Shown: piece by piece, positions 48,939 to 57,698 of the stretch
How the letters are laid out: every line of letters starts with the position of its first letter
How positions within the stretch are numbered: position 1 is the stretch's first letter
DNA from: Dehalococcoidia bacterium
GTDB taxonomy: Bacteria; Chloroflexota; Dehalococcoidia; GIF9; AB-539-J10
Direction of reading: 5' to 3'
NCBI GenBank assembly: GCA_007129495.1
Contig: SKVJ01000039.1
Coordinates: forward strand, 20,303-84,302
Length of the DNA: 64,000 bases
Made by a program: the position numbers and the translations under genes
The notes under the pieces: model-generated
The model's input: only the letters and a program-made list of their open reading frames with translations
Databases searched by the model: none
What the model was told of the DNA's origin: nothing

Positions 48939-49223
48939 TTATTCCAGAATTGGGGGTACGCGAAAGCAGAAATCCTGACTTTGGGGGGCATTGGCAAGAA
49001 CCTCTTCCTTGGTCAGGGAAGGCTGGGTAATATCTTCGCGGAAAACGTTGTGAAGCTGACTGGCGTGTACCGCTGCAGGTATATGGTCAGTATCGAGTTT
49101 CTCGAGCATGCTGAAATGCTCGAGAACGATGGACAGGTCTTCCTGGAATCGCTCTACTTCGGCATCTGAGATGCCGAGGCGAGCTAACCAGGCGATATGA
49201 CGTACCTGTTCGATGGATAACAT
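48939..49223 (-). CDS. gatC: Asp/Glu-tRNA amidotransferase subunit C
   Basis: EQVRHIAWLARL, NVFRED, LANAP, FRVPPILE; upstream of gatA. Confidence 0.95.
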   Translation of the reverse strand: MLSIEQVRHIAWLARLGISDAEVERFQEDLSIVLEHFSMLEKLDTDHIPAAVHASQLHNVFREDITQPSLTKEEVLANAPQSQDFCFRVPPILE

Positions 49224-49243
49224 AGTATTGCTGGAACTGGCGC

Positions 49244-49305
49244 ATTGTAGCATCGTGCCCCTGCTCTCGCAATCCTTGCGAATCGGGCAGCGCTACTCGT
49301 ATAAT
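49244..49305. promoter_or_regulatory. Back-to-back divergent promoters for gatCA and the EF-G paralogue
   Basis: Minus: TTGCGA-17-TACAAT; plus: TTGCGA-18-TATAAT; the two -35 boxes are 3 bp apart. Confidence 0.65.
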
Positions 49306-49355
49306 CTTTCCTGTTATGACCTTTGATTGCGGGAGTCACTAAAAGGAGTGCTGTT

Positions 49356-51389
49356 GTGGAATTATATTCACCCGAGAAGATACGCAATGTTGCATTAGTA
49401 GGGCATTACGGGTGTGGAAAGACCACGCTTGCCGAAATGATGGCGTTCAAGGCAGGTGCCAGCAAGCGGCTTGGGAGTGTCGACGAAGGCACGAGCGTAT
49501 CCGACTATGACCAAAGCGAAGTGGAACGCCACATGAGTCTCAATCTCGCGCTGTTGCCTCTGGAGTGTAAAGGTTACAAGATCAATGTCCTCGATACGCC
49601 CGGTTATATGGATTTCGCTGGTGAAGTAAAGGCGGCACTTCGTGTTGCTGATTCGGCACTCGTGGTAGTATGCGCAACGAACTCCGTTGAGGTGGGGACC
49701 GAACAGGTATGGACATATGCGCGTGAATCCGGTCTTCCTGTAGTGGTGGTCATCAGCAAGATGGACAGGGAGAACGCTGACTTCTCAAAGACGCTGAGTG
49801 ACGTGCAGTCCAGATTGTCGAACCGCTGCGTAGCTACGCAGCTCCCCATAGGTTCTCAGTCCGACCTTCGTGGGCATGTTGACCTCATCACTATGCGCGC
49901 GCACATCCAAGGTGTTGAACAGGATGTGCCGGGCGATGTGGAAGAGCAAGCGCTTGTCTTGCGGGAGAACCTTATCGAGGTTGTCGTTGAGGCTGACGAT
50001 GATCTCATGGCCAAGTACCTTGAAGGCGTTGAACTCTCAACTGCTGAGATTGCAGATGCCATACAACGTGCTACCTCACAGGGTATAGCTATGCCTGTTG
50101 TCTTCACTTCATCTCCCAAGACAATCGGCGCAGATGCACTTATGGACACGGTCTGCAACGTACTGCCGTCTCCTGTTGAGCAGCAGGCTGCCGGTGCGCA
50201 GATAGAAGCCGCCCCGTCCGGACTGGTTGCCGCGTTCGTATTCAAGACTACCGCAGACCCATTCACGGGCAAGATCAGTTACTTCCGTGTGTATTCGGGT
50301 GAGGTGGTCAGCAATTCTCAGCTCACTAACATCAACAAAGGAGTCACGGAACGCATAGGCCAGTTGTTCATCCCTCTTGGCAAGCAGCAGAATACCGTCG
50401 GGAAGGTGGTGGAGGGAGATATCGGCGCCGTTGCCAAGCTTAGCGTCACCGCGACTGGCGATACGCTCGGTGCAAAAGAACAACCAGCTTTGCCCGGTAT
50501 TGCATTCCCTAAGGCCACCTTCAGTATGGCAGTACATCCGGAGTCAAAGGGGGACCTGGATAAGATGAGCACTGTCCTTCCTCGCATGATTGAGGAGGAC
50601 CCATCATTGATCCTCAAACGTGACCCGGACACAGGGGAAACCCTGCTGTCTGGTGTAGGTGATACACACCTCGAGGTGGTCAAGGACAAGATGAGCCGAA
50701 AGTTCGGGGTGAAGGTGGCGCTTAGTCCTCCTGCGGTGCCGTACAAGGAGACTATCACTGTTCCAACCCGTGCGGAATACAAACATAAGAAGCAGACCGG
50801 TGGACATGGCCAGTATGGTCACGTAGTGATGCAACTTGAGCCTTTGCCAAAGGGTGGCGGATTTGAGTACGAGACCAAAATCGTTGGTGGCGCAATTCCG
50901 ACCAATTTCCTGCCTTCCGTTGAGAAGGGTGTGAATGAGGGCAGGCACGAGGGTGTGCTGGCGGGATTTCCCTTGGTTGATCTCAAGGTCATCATCGTCG
51001 ATGGTAGCTTTCATGCAGTCGATTCATCTGACATCGCTTTCAAGATTGCTGCCGCCCAAGCGCTGCGGAAGGGACTGCAACAAGGGCAGCCGGTACTGCT
51101 CGAGCCAATCATGAATATCACTATCAGGGTGCCCGAAGGCATGACTGGCGATGTTATTAGCGACCTGAATACCAAGAGAGGCAGAGTGCAGGGAATGAAT
51201 CCTGAGGGAAGTTACAATCTGATATCTGCCCAGGTTCCCTATTCGGAGTTACTGCGCTATTCGATTGACCTGCGATCAATGTTGCAGGGCAGAGGGGAGT
51301 TCGAAATGCAGTTCAGTCACTATGAAGAAGTCCCTGCACACCAGAGTCAGAAGATAATTGCGCGACAACAGGCGCAGAAGTCCGATTAG
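49356..51389 (+). CDS. Elongation factor G paralogue (EF-G2-like)
   Basis: GHYGCGKTT, DTPGY, SKMD, HKKQTGGHGQYG, DGSFHAVDSS, LLEPIM; outside the rpsL-rpsG operon. Confidence 0.92.
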   Translation: MELYSPEKIRNVALVGHYGCGKTTLAEMMAFKAGASKRLGSVDEGTSVSDYDQSEVERHMSLNLALLPLECKGYKINVLDTPGYMDFAGEVKAALRVADSALVVVCATNSVEVGTEQVWTYARESGLPVVVVISKMDRENADFSKTLSDVQSRLSNRCVATQLPIGSQSDLRGHVDLITMRAHIQGVEQDVPGDVEEQALVLRENLIEVVVEADDDLMAKYLEGVELSTAEIADAIQRATSQGIAMPVVFTSSPKTIGADALMDTVCNVLPSPVEQQAAGAQIEAAPSGLVAAFVFKTTADPFTGKISYFRVYSGEVVSNSQLTNINKGVTERIGQLFIPLGKQQNTVGKVVEGDIGAVAKLSVTATGDTLGAKEQPALPGIAFPKATFSMAVHPESKGDLDKMSTVLPRMIEEDPSLILKRDPDTGETLLSGVGDTHLEVVKDKMSRKFGVKVALSPPAVPYKETITVPTRAEYKHKKQTGGHGQYGHVVMQLEPLPKGGGFEYETKIVGGAIPTNFLPSVEKGVNEGRHEGVLAGFPLVDLKVIIVDGSFHAVDSSDIAFKIAAAQALRKGLQQGQPVLLEPIMNITIRVPEGMTGDVISDLNTKRGRVQGMNPEGSYNLISAQVPYSELLRYSIDLRSMLQGRGEFEMQFSHYEEVPAHQSQKIIARQQAQKSD

Positions 51390-51415
51390 ATTTCACTGCA
51401 CTTTGACCAGACGAA

Positions 51416-51438
51416 AGGCGCGGCTCCGAGCCGCGCCT
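51416..51438. terminator. Bidirectional intrinsic terminator
   Basis: AGGCGCGGCT-CCG-AGCCGCGCCT between convergent EF-G and etfA; A-run on the left, pyrimidine run on the right. Confidence 0.75.
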
Positions 51439-51461
51439 CTCTCAATTCGGCAGGTTGCCAA

Positions 51462-52457
51462 CTAGTCTGCCAGCAGTTCACGGAGCTTCGCCGTGAATGC
51501 GGGCACCACATCCTCGAATCTGCCTACGACACCGAATGCGGCCTCCCGAAAGATATTCGCCTCTGCATCTTTGTTAATGGCGACGATTGTCTTAGCGCTG
51601 GAACAGCCGGACATGTGTTGACTGGCGCCCGAAATAGCCACTGCAACATATAGCTCTGGAGCGACTATCTTACCAGTAAGACCGATGTGCATCGACTCAG
51701 GCGCCCATCCATTATCGCAGGCGGGTCTCGATGCACCGACGACTCCATGTAATGCATCAGCCAGATCTTTGAGAGTGGTAGTGAATGGTTCAGGTCCACA
51801 GACGCCACGCCCCCCACTGACTATAATCGGCGCGTCCTCGAGCTTGACCCCAACTACCTCTTCCTGTACCCGGTCCTTGACTGTCAGTCGACTCGGTGGC
51901 AGGTCAACAGGTAGTTCAATGATATTGGGCTGTGCCCCTGAGGCTGGCTCCCCTGCTGCCATCGCCTTTGGGCGAATCGTGGCTATTTGAGGAGAACAGT
52001 GGGTGAGGAGATCAGCAAGTGCGTTACCCCCGTATACCGGTTTTGTCGTCACGAGTCTGCCCGTATTTGCATCAATCTTCACATCGATGCAATCGGTCGT
52101 GACTGCCGTGCCCAGACGGAAAGCCAGTCGCGGGCCGAGTTCCCTTCCGACAGGTGTATGTCCCATGAGGATGACGGCAGGCATTGCCTGTTGGACAGCG
52201 GTCATAGCTACTGTGAGGTGTCCATCAGAATCGAGGGGTGCGGTAGCAGTGCTCGCTGCCGTGTAAATAGTGACAGCTCCTCGCGCCGCTGCATCTGCGA
52301 GTACGTCAGAGGACAGATCGCCGGTGAGGACGCACGCGACCTCCTGGCCGAGATCCGAAGCGATCCTGCGACCGGCTTCTATGAGTTCGCATGTACTTCC
52401 AGAAAGCTTGTCCGTGACGGGTTCGCCGTATATTAGTACACCTTTGTAGTCTTTCAT
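51462..52457 (-). CDS. etfA: Electron transfer flavoprotein alpha subunit
   Basis: IVSGGRG, GASRP, IGLTGKIVAPELY, ISGASQH, AINKD. Confidence 0.95.
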   Translation of the reverse strand: MKDYKGVLIYGEPVTDKLSGSTCELIEAGRRIASDLGQEVACVLTGDLSSDVLADAAARGAVTIYTAASTATAPLDSDGHLTVAMTAVQQAMPAVILMGHTPVGRELGPRLAFRLGTAVTTDCIDVKIDANTGRLVTTKPVYGGNALADLLTHCSPQIATIRPKAMAAGEPASGAQPNIIELPVDLPPSRLTVKDRVQEEVVGVKLEDAPIIVSGGRGVCGPEPFTTTLKDLADALHGVVGASRPACDNGWAPESMHIGLTGKIVAPELYVAVAISGASQHMSGCSSAKTIVAINKDAEANIFREAAFGVVGRFEDVVPAFTAKLRELLAD

Positions 52458-52482
52458 ATGTAGACCTCCCGCTATGTGAATA

Positions 52483-53292
52483 CTAAATGACCTTGGCTTC
52501 GCGCAGACGTACCGCGAGATTCGCGCCCGCCTCGGCAGGTGACTCTCCTTCGACGATCTCGCAGCGAGCCTCTTTCACTGGCTGATACAAACGCTCGAGC
52601 TGGAGACGTCTGCCCAAAGATCCGATTTCGGATGGGTCGACTCCAAGGTCGGCTGGCGTCCAGACAGTCGGCTGTTTCTTCGCGGCGGCCATGATGCCCT
52701 TCAGTACTGCATAGCGGAGGTTGCCTAGTTCGCTGGTGACGGTTACGACCGCGGGGGTCTGTACTTCGACTATCTGATAACCGTCGGGTATGACCTGCTC
52801 AACGCGAAGGCTTCCTTCGAGAACATCGACTTTGCGGGCCAGTGTTACGATCGGAATGCCCAGAAGTTCGGCCAGACCGAGACCAACCTGTCCCGAATCC
52901 CAGTCGGAAGACTGACGGCCGCAGAACACCACATCGTACGGCTCGAGCTTCCTGATAGCCAGCGCAAGGGCATAGGCTGTAGACCAACTGTCACTGTCTT
53001 CGAATGACGGGTCTTCAAGAAGCACCAATTCGTCTCCACCGACGGCGAGGGCCTTCTTGATGACATCTCGAACAAGCTTGTTGCCGAGACTCAGAACAGT
53101 GATACTTCCCCCATGGGCATCTTTCAAACGCAGTGCTGCTTCCAGCGCAAACTCATCATATTGTCCTATCACTGGCTTGATGTCGGACGGTAGGGTCATT
53201 CGGTTGCTCGTGGAATCGACCTTGAAAGCAGACGGTGGAGCTTCGGGATCCAACGTCTGCTTGCAGCACACAACCATTCTCAATTCAGTCAT
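52483..53292 (-). CDS. etfB: Electron transfer flavoprotein beta subunit
   Basis: VVCCKQ, D..ALEAALRLK, ALAVGGD, CGRQSSDWDSGQVG. Confidence 0.95.
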   Translation of the reverse strand: MTELRMVVCCKQTLDPEAPPSAFKVDSTSNRMTLPSDIKPVIGQYDEFALEAALRLKDAHGGSITVLSLGNKLVRDVIKKALAVGGDELVLLEDPSFEDSDSWSTAYALALAIRKLEPYDVVFCGRQSSDWDSGQVGLGLAELLGIPIVTLARKVDVLEGSLRVEQVIPDGYQIVEVQTPAVVTVTSELGNLRYAVLKGIMAAAKKQPTVWTPADLGVDPSEIGSLGRRLQLERLYQPVKEARCEIVEGESPAEAGANLAVRLREAKVI

Positions 53293-53317
53293 CTGCGGAA
53301 CCTCCTTGAACTAGTAT

Positions 53318-54799
53318 CTACGTACCGTTGCCGGAGCCTGTGACCAGGTCATCAATAATCTCAAGAGCGCGTGAGAGCCGATTGAGGCAACGCGTCTTTC
53401 CCAGGACGTCCATGGTATCAAACAGCGGGGGTGTGGCAGTGCGACCGGTGACCGCTACGCGTAGTGTGGTGAATACCTGTTTAGTAGACAGTTCTAATGA
53501 AGCGCAGAGGGGCCGGATCATCGACTCGAGAGAAGGGGCGTCCCACGCATCAAGGTCTTCGAGGACAGACAGTACCTTGCTGAGAACCAGGCGCGTCTGC
53601 GTACCATCCATGCCTTTCGGAATCATGGTGGCGGCAGGGTATTCAATCGAGTCCACGAAGAAGAACTCGCTAAGGTCCCCAAGCTCCGAGAGTACCTTAG
53701 TGCGCTCCTGGAGTAGGGCTGCCACGCGGGTGACGTAGTTCGGGTCGAGTGGTCGTATTACCTCTTCCGGCAAATCCCTGTCAAGAAATGGCAGAGATCG
53801 TCGTGCAAACTCATCAACTGGAAGGGCACGTATATAGACGCCGTTCATCCAGTCCAGTTTCGTCCTGTCGAACACGGCAGCGGTCTTACCGACTCTGTCG
53901 AGCGAAAAGACAGCGACAAGCTCATCGCGTGTGAATAGCTCGGACCGGTCGTCGAGTGCCCATCCGAGGAGGGCCAGGAAATTAAGAAGGGCTTCCGGCA
54001 GATATCCTTGTTCCCGATACTCGATGATTGTCGTAGCGCCGTGGCGTTTCGACAGTTTCGTTTTGTCGGGGCCGAGAATCATAGGGAGATGACCGAACGC
54101 AGGAGGTGACCAACCAAAGGCGGAATAGAGCATAACATGCAGTGGCGTGCTGGAAATCCACTCATCAGCCCTCAAAACGTGCGTGATGTGCATCTCATGA
54201 TCATCCACCACATTTGCAAGGTGGTAGGTGGGGTAGGCGTCCGACTTGAGAAGCACATAGTCGTTAAGGGTAGCGTTGCTGAAAGTAACGTCACCACGTA
54301 TGAGGTCATGGAAATGGGTGTCACCTACCCGTGGTGTCCTGAAACGTACGACGGATGGTATGCCGTCATCCAGATGTGCCGTCACATCGCTGGGACTCAG
54401 TTTCCGGCAGTAGCCGTCGTATCTGGGCGGCAATTTCTGTCGTGCCAGCTCGGTTCTCACCTGCTCCAGCCGCTCCGGAGAGCAAAAGCAGCGATAGGCT
54501 ACTCCTGCACTAATGAGAGTCTCCGCGGCTGAGCGGTAGAGTGGCAACCTCTGCGACTGGAATATCGGGCCCTCGTCGAAATCGAGACCGAGCCAGGCAA
54601 GCCCCTCCACGATGGATTCGACGGCGCCTTCCACCTGGCGGGCAGCATCAGTATCTTCAATTCTCAGGATGAAGTCGCCACCATGGTGGCGTGCGAACAG
54701 CCAATTGAATAGGGCGGTGCGGATATTACCTACATGGGGGTGACCGGTAGGGCTGGGTGCGAATCGTACGCGGACCGGACCGTGAATATCAGTGACCAT
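53318..54799 (-). CDS. gltX: Glutamate--tRNA ligase
   Basis: RFAPSPTG..HVGN, LRIEDTD, PTYHLANVVDDH, KLSKR. Confidence 0.97.
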   Translation of the reverse strand: MVTDIHGPVRVRFAPSPTGHPHVGNIRTALFNWLFARHHGGDFILRIEDTDAARQVEGAVESIVEGLAWLGLDFDEGPIFQSQRLPLYRSAAETLISAGVAYRCFCSPERLEQVRTELARQKLPPRYDGYCRKLSPSDVTAHLDDGIPSVVRFRTPRVGDTHFHDLIRGDVTFSNATLNDYVLLKSDAYPTYHLANVVDDHEMHITHVLRADEWISSTPLHVMLYSAFGWSPPAFGHLPMILGPDKTKLSKRHGATTIIEYREQGYLPEALLNFLALLGWALDDRSELFTRDELVAVFSLDRVGKTAAVFDRTKLDWMNGVYIRALPVDEFARRSLPFLDRDLPEEVIRPLDPNYVTRVAALLQERTKVLSELGDLSEFFFVDSIEYPAATMIPKGMDGTQTRLVLSKVLSVLEDLDAWDAPSLESMIRPLCASLELSTKQVFTTLRVAVTGRTATPPLFDTMDVLGKTRCLNRLSRALEIIDDLVTGSGNGT

Positions 54800-54869
54800 A
54801 CGCAGTATTCCCGGGCGATCTCAGTTCAGCCGTTCCAGTATCCGCCGGATGCGTGAGCTTCGCGCACTT

Positions 54870-55151
54870 CTACTTGGAAGAGAGAACTTTCTGTAGTCCC
54901 TTCAGCCGATCGAGGTGTTTCTTAAGCTTCTGGGCAAGCTGTTCGGCTCGGCGAAGAGCCATCTCGGTGTCTTCGAGTTCGGCCTGAATGGAAAAAAGGA
55001 GACGGCTCTGCTGTTCCGCAAGGTTCGCTTCGTAGGTGGCCAAATCGTCATACCCGGCCTCGCCAAGCATCTCGCCGAGCAATTTGCTCTCACGACGCTG
55101 CTGTTCGCCGGCGAGTCGGTCGAGTGATTCCAGATACTTACTGCTGTCCAT
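54870..55151 (-). CDS. Small coiled-coil hypothetical protein
   Basis: 93 aa, heptad-rich, co-oriented with neighbours; TATAGT just upstream. Confidence 0.7.
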   Translation of the reverse strand: MDSSKYLESLDRLAGEQQRRESKLLGEMLGEAGYDDLATYEANLAEQQSRLLFSIQAELEDTEMALRRAEQLAQKLKKHLDRLKGLQKVLSSK

Positions 55152-55196
55152 ATAGAGGTTAAGGCACTATACCATTTCACAGATTCATGAGCAAGG

Positions 55197-56144
55197 TCAG
55201 TATTGTGAGAGCCGGCGGGCGAGTGAAAGAACGTCTTTGAGATCATCGGGGAGTGGTGAAGAGAATTCGCGTTCGTCAGTCCAATACTGCAGTTTCAACC
55301 TGAGGGAAGAAGCATGCAGAAAGTGGCGTTGCAGAACGGGTCCCAAGTGACGCCAGGAAGAGCGTTGTGCGTACGTGAGATCTCCTGCAACCGGGTGTCC
55401 GATGGACGCGAAGTGTACTCGAATCTGATGGGTGCGCCCGGTCAGGGGACGAGCTTCGATGAGGGTGAACTCATTAAATTGCTCCACAACAGAGTAATCG
55501 GTGCGCGCCGGTTTGCCGAACGGAACGATCGCCATCTTCTTACGATGAACGGGATGGCGTCCTATCGGCCCATCGATAGTCCCATCAGATGTAAGCCGGC
55601 CTGCCACAAGGGCAAGATACACTTTGCGGACCGCCCCGCACTTGAACTGCGAAATCAACCATTCCCTGACGTCAGCGTTTCGGGCCACAATCATGACCCC
55701 GGAAGTATCTTTGTCAAGGCGATGGACTATCCCTGGCCGCATCACATCGCCCGAATCGAGACCCGGATATCGGGCAAGAAGCGCATTGACGAGTGTATGT
55801 TCCTCGTGGCCCGGTGCGGGATGCACCACAATCCCCGGCGGCTTATCAATCACAATAACTTCGGAGTCTTCGTAGAGGATTTTCAGAGGCAGAGCCTCCG
55901 GGCGCAGCGGGATAGTGTCATCCGGGATGTGGATGGTGACCGAATCGCCCGCGTGGACCGGCTGTCGGGATTTGCAGGGCAGATCGTTAACCGCTACGAG
56001 CCCATTCTGTATGAGGCGCTGGGCCCGAGAACGGGTAATAGATACGGTTTGTTGTGACACGAATACATCTAGACGGCCCCAGGCCTCTGCGGCGTGAAGC
56101 CTGATGGATTGCCCCTTGAGTTCAGGCTCCACCGGTTTGCTCAC
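55197..56144 (-). CDS. RluA-family (RluD-like) pseudouridine synthase
   Basis: S4 domain, DKPPGIVVHP, GIVHRLDKDTSG, TGRTHQIRVH, FLHA. Confidence 0.95.
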   Translation of the reverse strand: MSKPVEPELKGQSIRLHAAEAWGRLDVFVSQQTVSITRSRAQRLIQNGLVAVNDLPCKSRQPVHAGDSVTIHIPDDTIPLRPEALPLKILYEDSEVIVIDKPPGIVVHPAPGHEEHTLVNALLARYPGLDSGDVMRPGIVHRLDKDTSGVMIVARNADVREWLISQFKCGAVRKVYLALVAGRLTSDGTIDGPIGRHPVHRKKMAIVPFGKPARTDYSVVEQFNEFTLIEARPLTGRTHQIRVHFASIGHPVAGDLTYAQRSSWRHLGPVLQRHFLHASSLRLKLQYWTDEREFSSPLPDDLKDVLSLARRLSQY

Positions 56145-56628
56145 CAGTTGAGGTGCCTCGGCGGTACATGACGAATAAGAGAAGCAGAGTTCCGACGACT
56201 ATGGATGCGTCGGCCACATTGAATGCCGGCCACCGAATCCCTGGCAGAATCTCGATGTCGATGAAATCCGTGACACCCCGAAATATGATGCGATCGATAA
56301 GGTTGCCGATGGCACCTCCGGCGATAAGAGCAACTGAAATAATCTCCAATATGTTAGGGGCGAAGTTATGGTGAACTATCAGGTGACGGAGGATGATCGG
56401 AATTAACGCGAGCACGACTATGGTTGCGATAGTAGGAATGATGACATATCCCTGCCCCAGGCCGAACACGGCACCAGTATTCAGGACATGCGTGAAGAAT
56501 ATGGGTCCGATCACGTGTACGGATTCGCCCAAGGCAAACGACTCTCTGATCCAGACTTTGGTAAGCTGGTCAGCCATGATCGTGCCGACTGTGATGGCGG
56601 CACCGGTGATCAAGAGGTTACGGCGCAC
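56122..56628 (-). CDS. lspA: Lipoprotein signal peptidase II
   Basis: DQLTK, NTGAVFG, GGAIGNLIDR, VTDFI, FNVAD. Confidence 0.95.
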   Translation of the reverse strand: MRRNLLITGAAITVGTIMADQLTKVWIRESFALGESVHVIGPIFFTHVLNTGAVFGLGQGYVIIPTIATIVVLALIPIILRHLIVHHNFAPNILEIISVALIAGGAIGNLIDRIIFRGVTDFIDIEILPGIRWPAFNVADASIVVGTLLLLFVMYRRGTSTGEQTGGA

Positions 56629-56986
56629 TGGGGACACTCTTAGTCTGTTGCGCCTTACAGCGCATGCAGAGGCTCGCCTGCGGGCGGGCCTCCAGTCGAT
56701 TGGGTTCAATGTCATTGCCACATGATTCGCACTTGCCATACTGACCGGCATCAAACTTGGCAAGGGCACGAGTAATCTCGGCCAGACTCTCTCGAAGGCG
56801 TCGCTCCATGGCCATCCTTTTCTCGAGCTCGAAAGCCTCCGTCGCCTCCTCCTCGCGTTTACCGAATGGGCTGCCTTCTCTCATATCGCCGGCGCTGAGA
56901 CCATCAGCCTTCAGCAACTCCAGTCGCTCAAGTACCTGCGTCTTGTCGTGTTCGAGTTTTGCGCGTAGTTGTTCCATAGTCGCCAT
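56618..56986 (-). CDS. TraR/DksA family C4 zinc-finger protein
   Basis: Coiled coil then YGKCESCG..I...RLEARP...LCMRC. Confidence 0.92.
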   Translation of the reverse strand: MATMEQLRAKLEHDKTQVLERLELLKADGLSAGDMREGSPFGKREEEATEAFELEKRMAMERRLRESLAEITRALAKFDAGQYGKCESCGNDIEPNRLEARPQASLCMRCKAQQTKSVPSAP

Positions 56987-57698
56987 GTTGGTATGCCCTC
57001 ACCTTCTGACCGGTTTAACCGGTATTGTACTTAAGATATGTCTGGATACCAAGAGCAGTGTGAGGCATCTGCTCTGTGTGTTCCGCGAGATGCACCACAC
57101 TGCTATATTGTATGCGGCCCGGGCAACACGTCAATCTGAGCTGAGTTCACGCATGGAAAGCTTCCCTCACCGAGGGATGGAGCCCACTTTCCAACGTCCC
57201 GTTCGCCTCGCGGCGCACCAGATTGAGGCCATATTAATTCTCTTCAAACTCTGTTGGGGTGAATAGTCTTGCTGGGAGGAAACGTATGTCGTCCACTAAC
57301 CGGACCGAGGCCGGCATGTGGAAAGCCGTTGGTGAGTCGATCCAATTCTGAGACCTCCACCGAGCAGAGAGTCGTGAATCGCCTTGGTGTCCTCCAGCCT
57401 GATATCTATGGTATCGGACCTGCATCGTTTCCTCGAGGTCCCCGTCACCGGCGCCGGGAGTGAATATGCCAATGCCACCTGTATCGAGCAGATAGTAGTC
57501 TGTGAAAGTCATCGAGAGAGACGTGAACTCGCTCTATGCAACATAGTTGCCCGATACGGTGCATCTCACTCCCGGCTCTCGTGCGAGGATTGATCGCACG
57601 TCGCTGTCGTCAGGATTGTCGACCAGCTTTCCTACCGCTAGTGCCTTGTTGCGGATACGAACAGTCGTGCGTTCAAACTCGCACAGATTTGCACTCAC

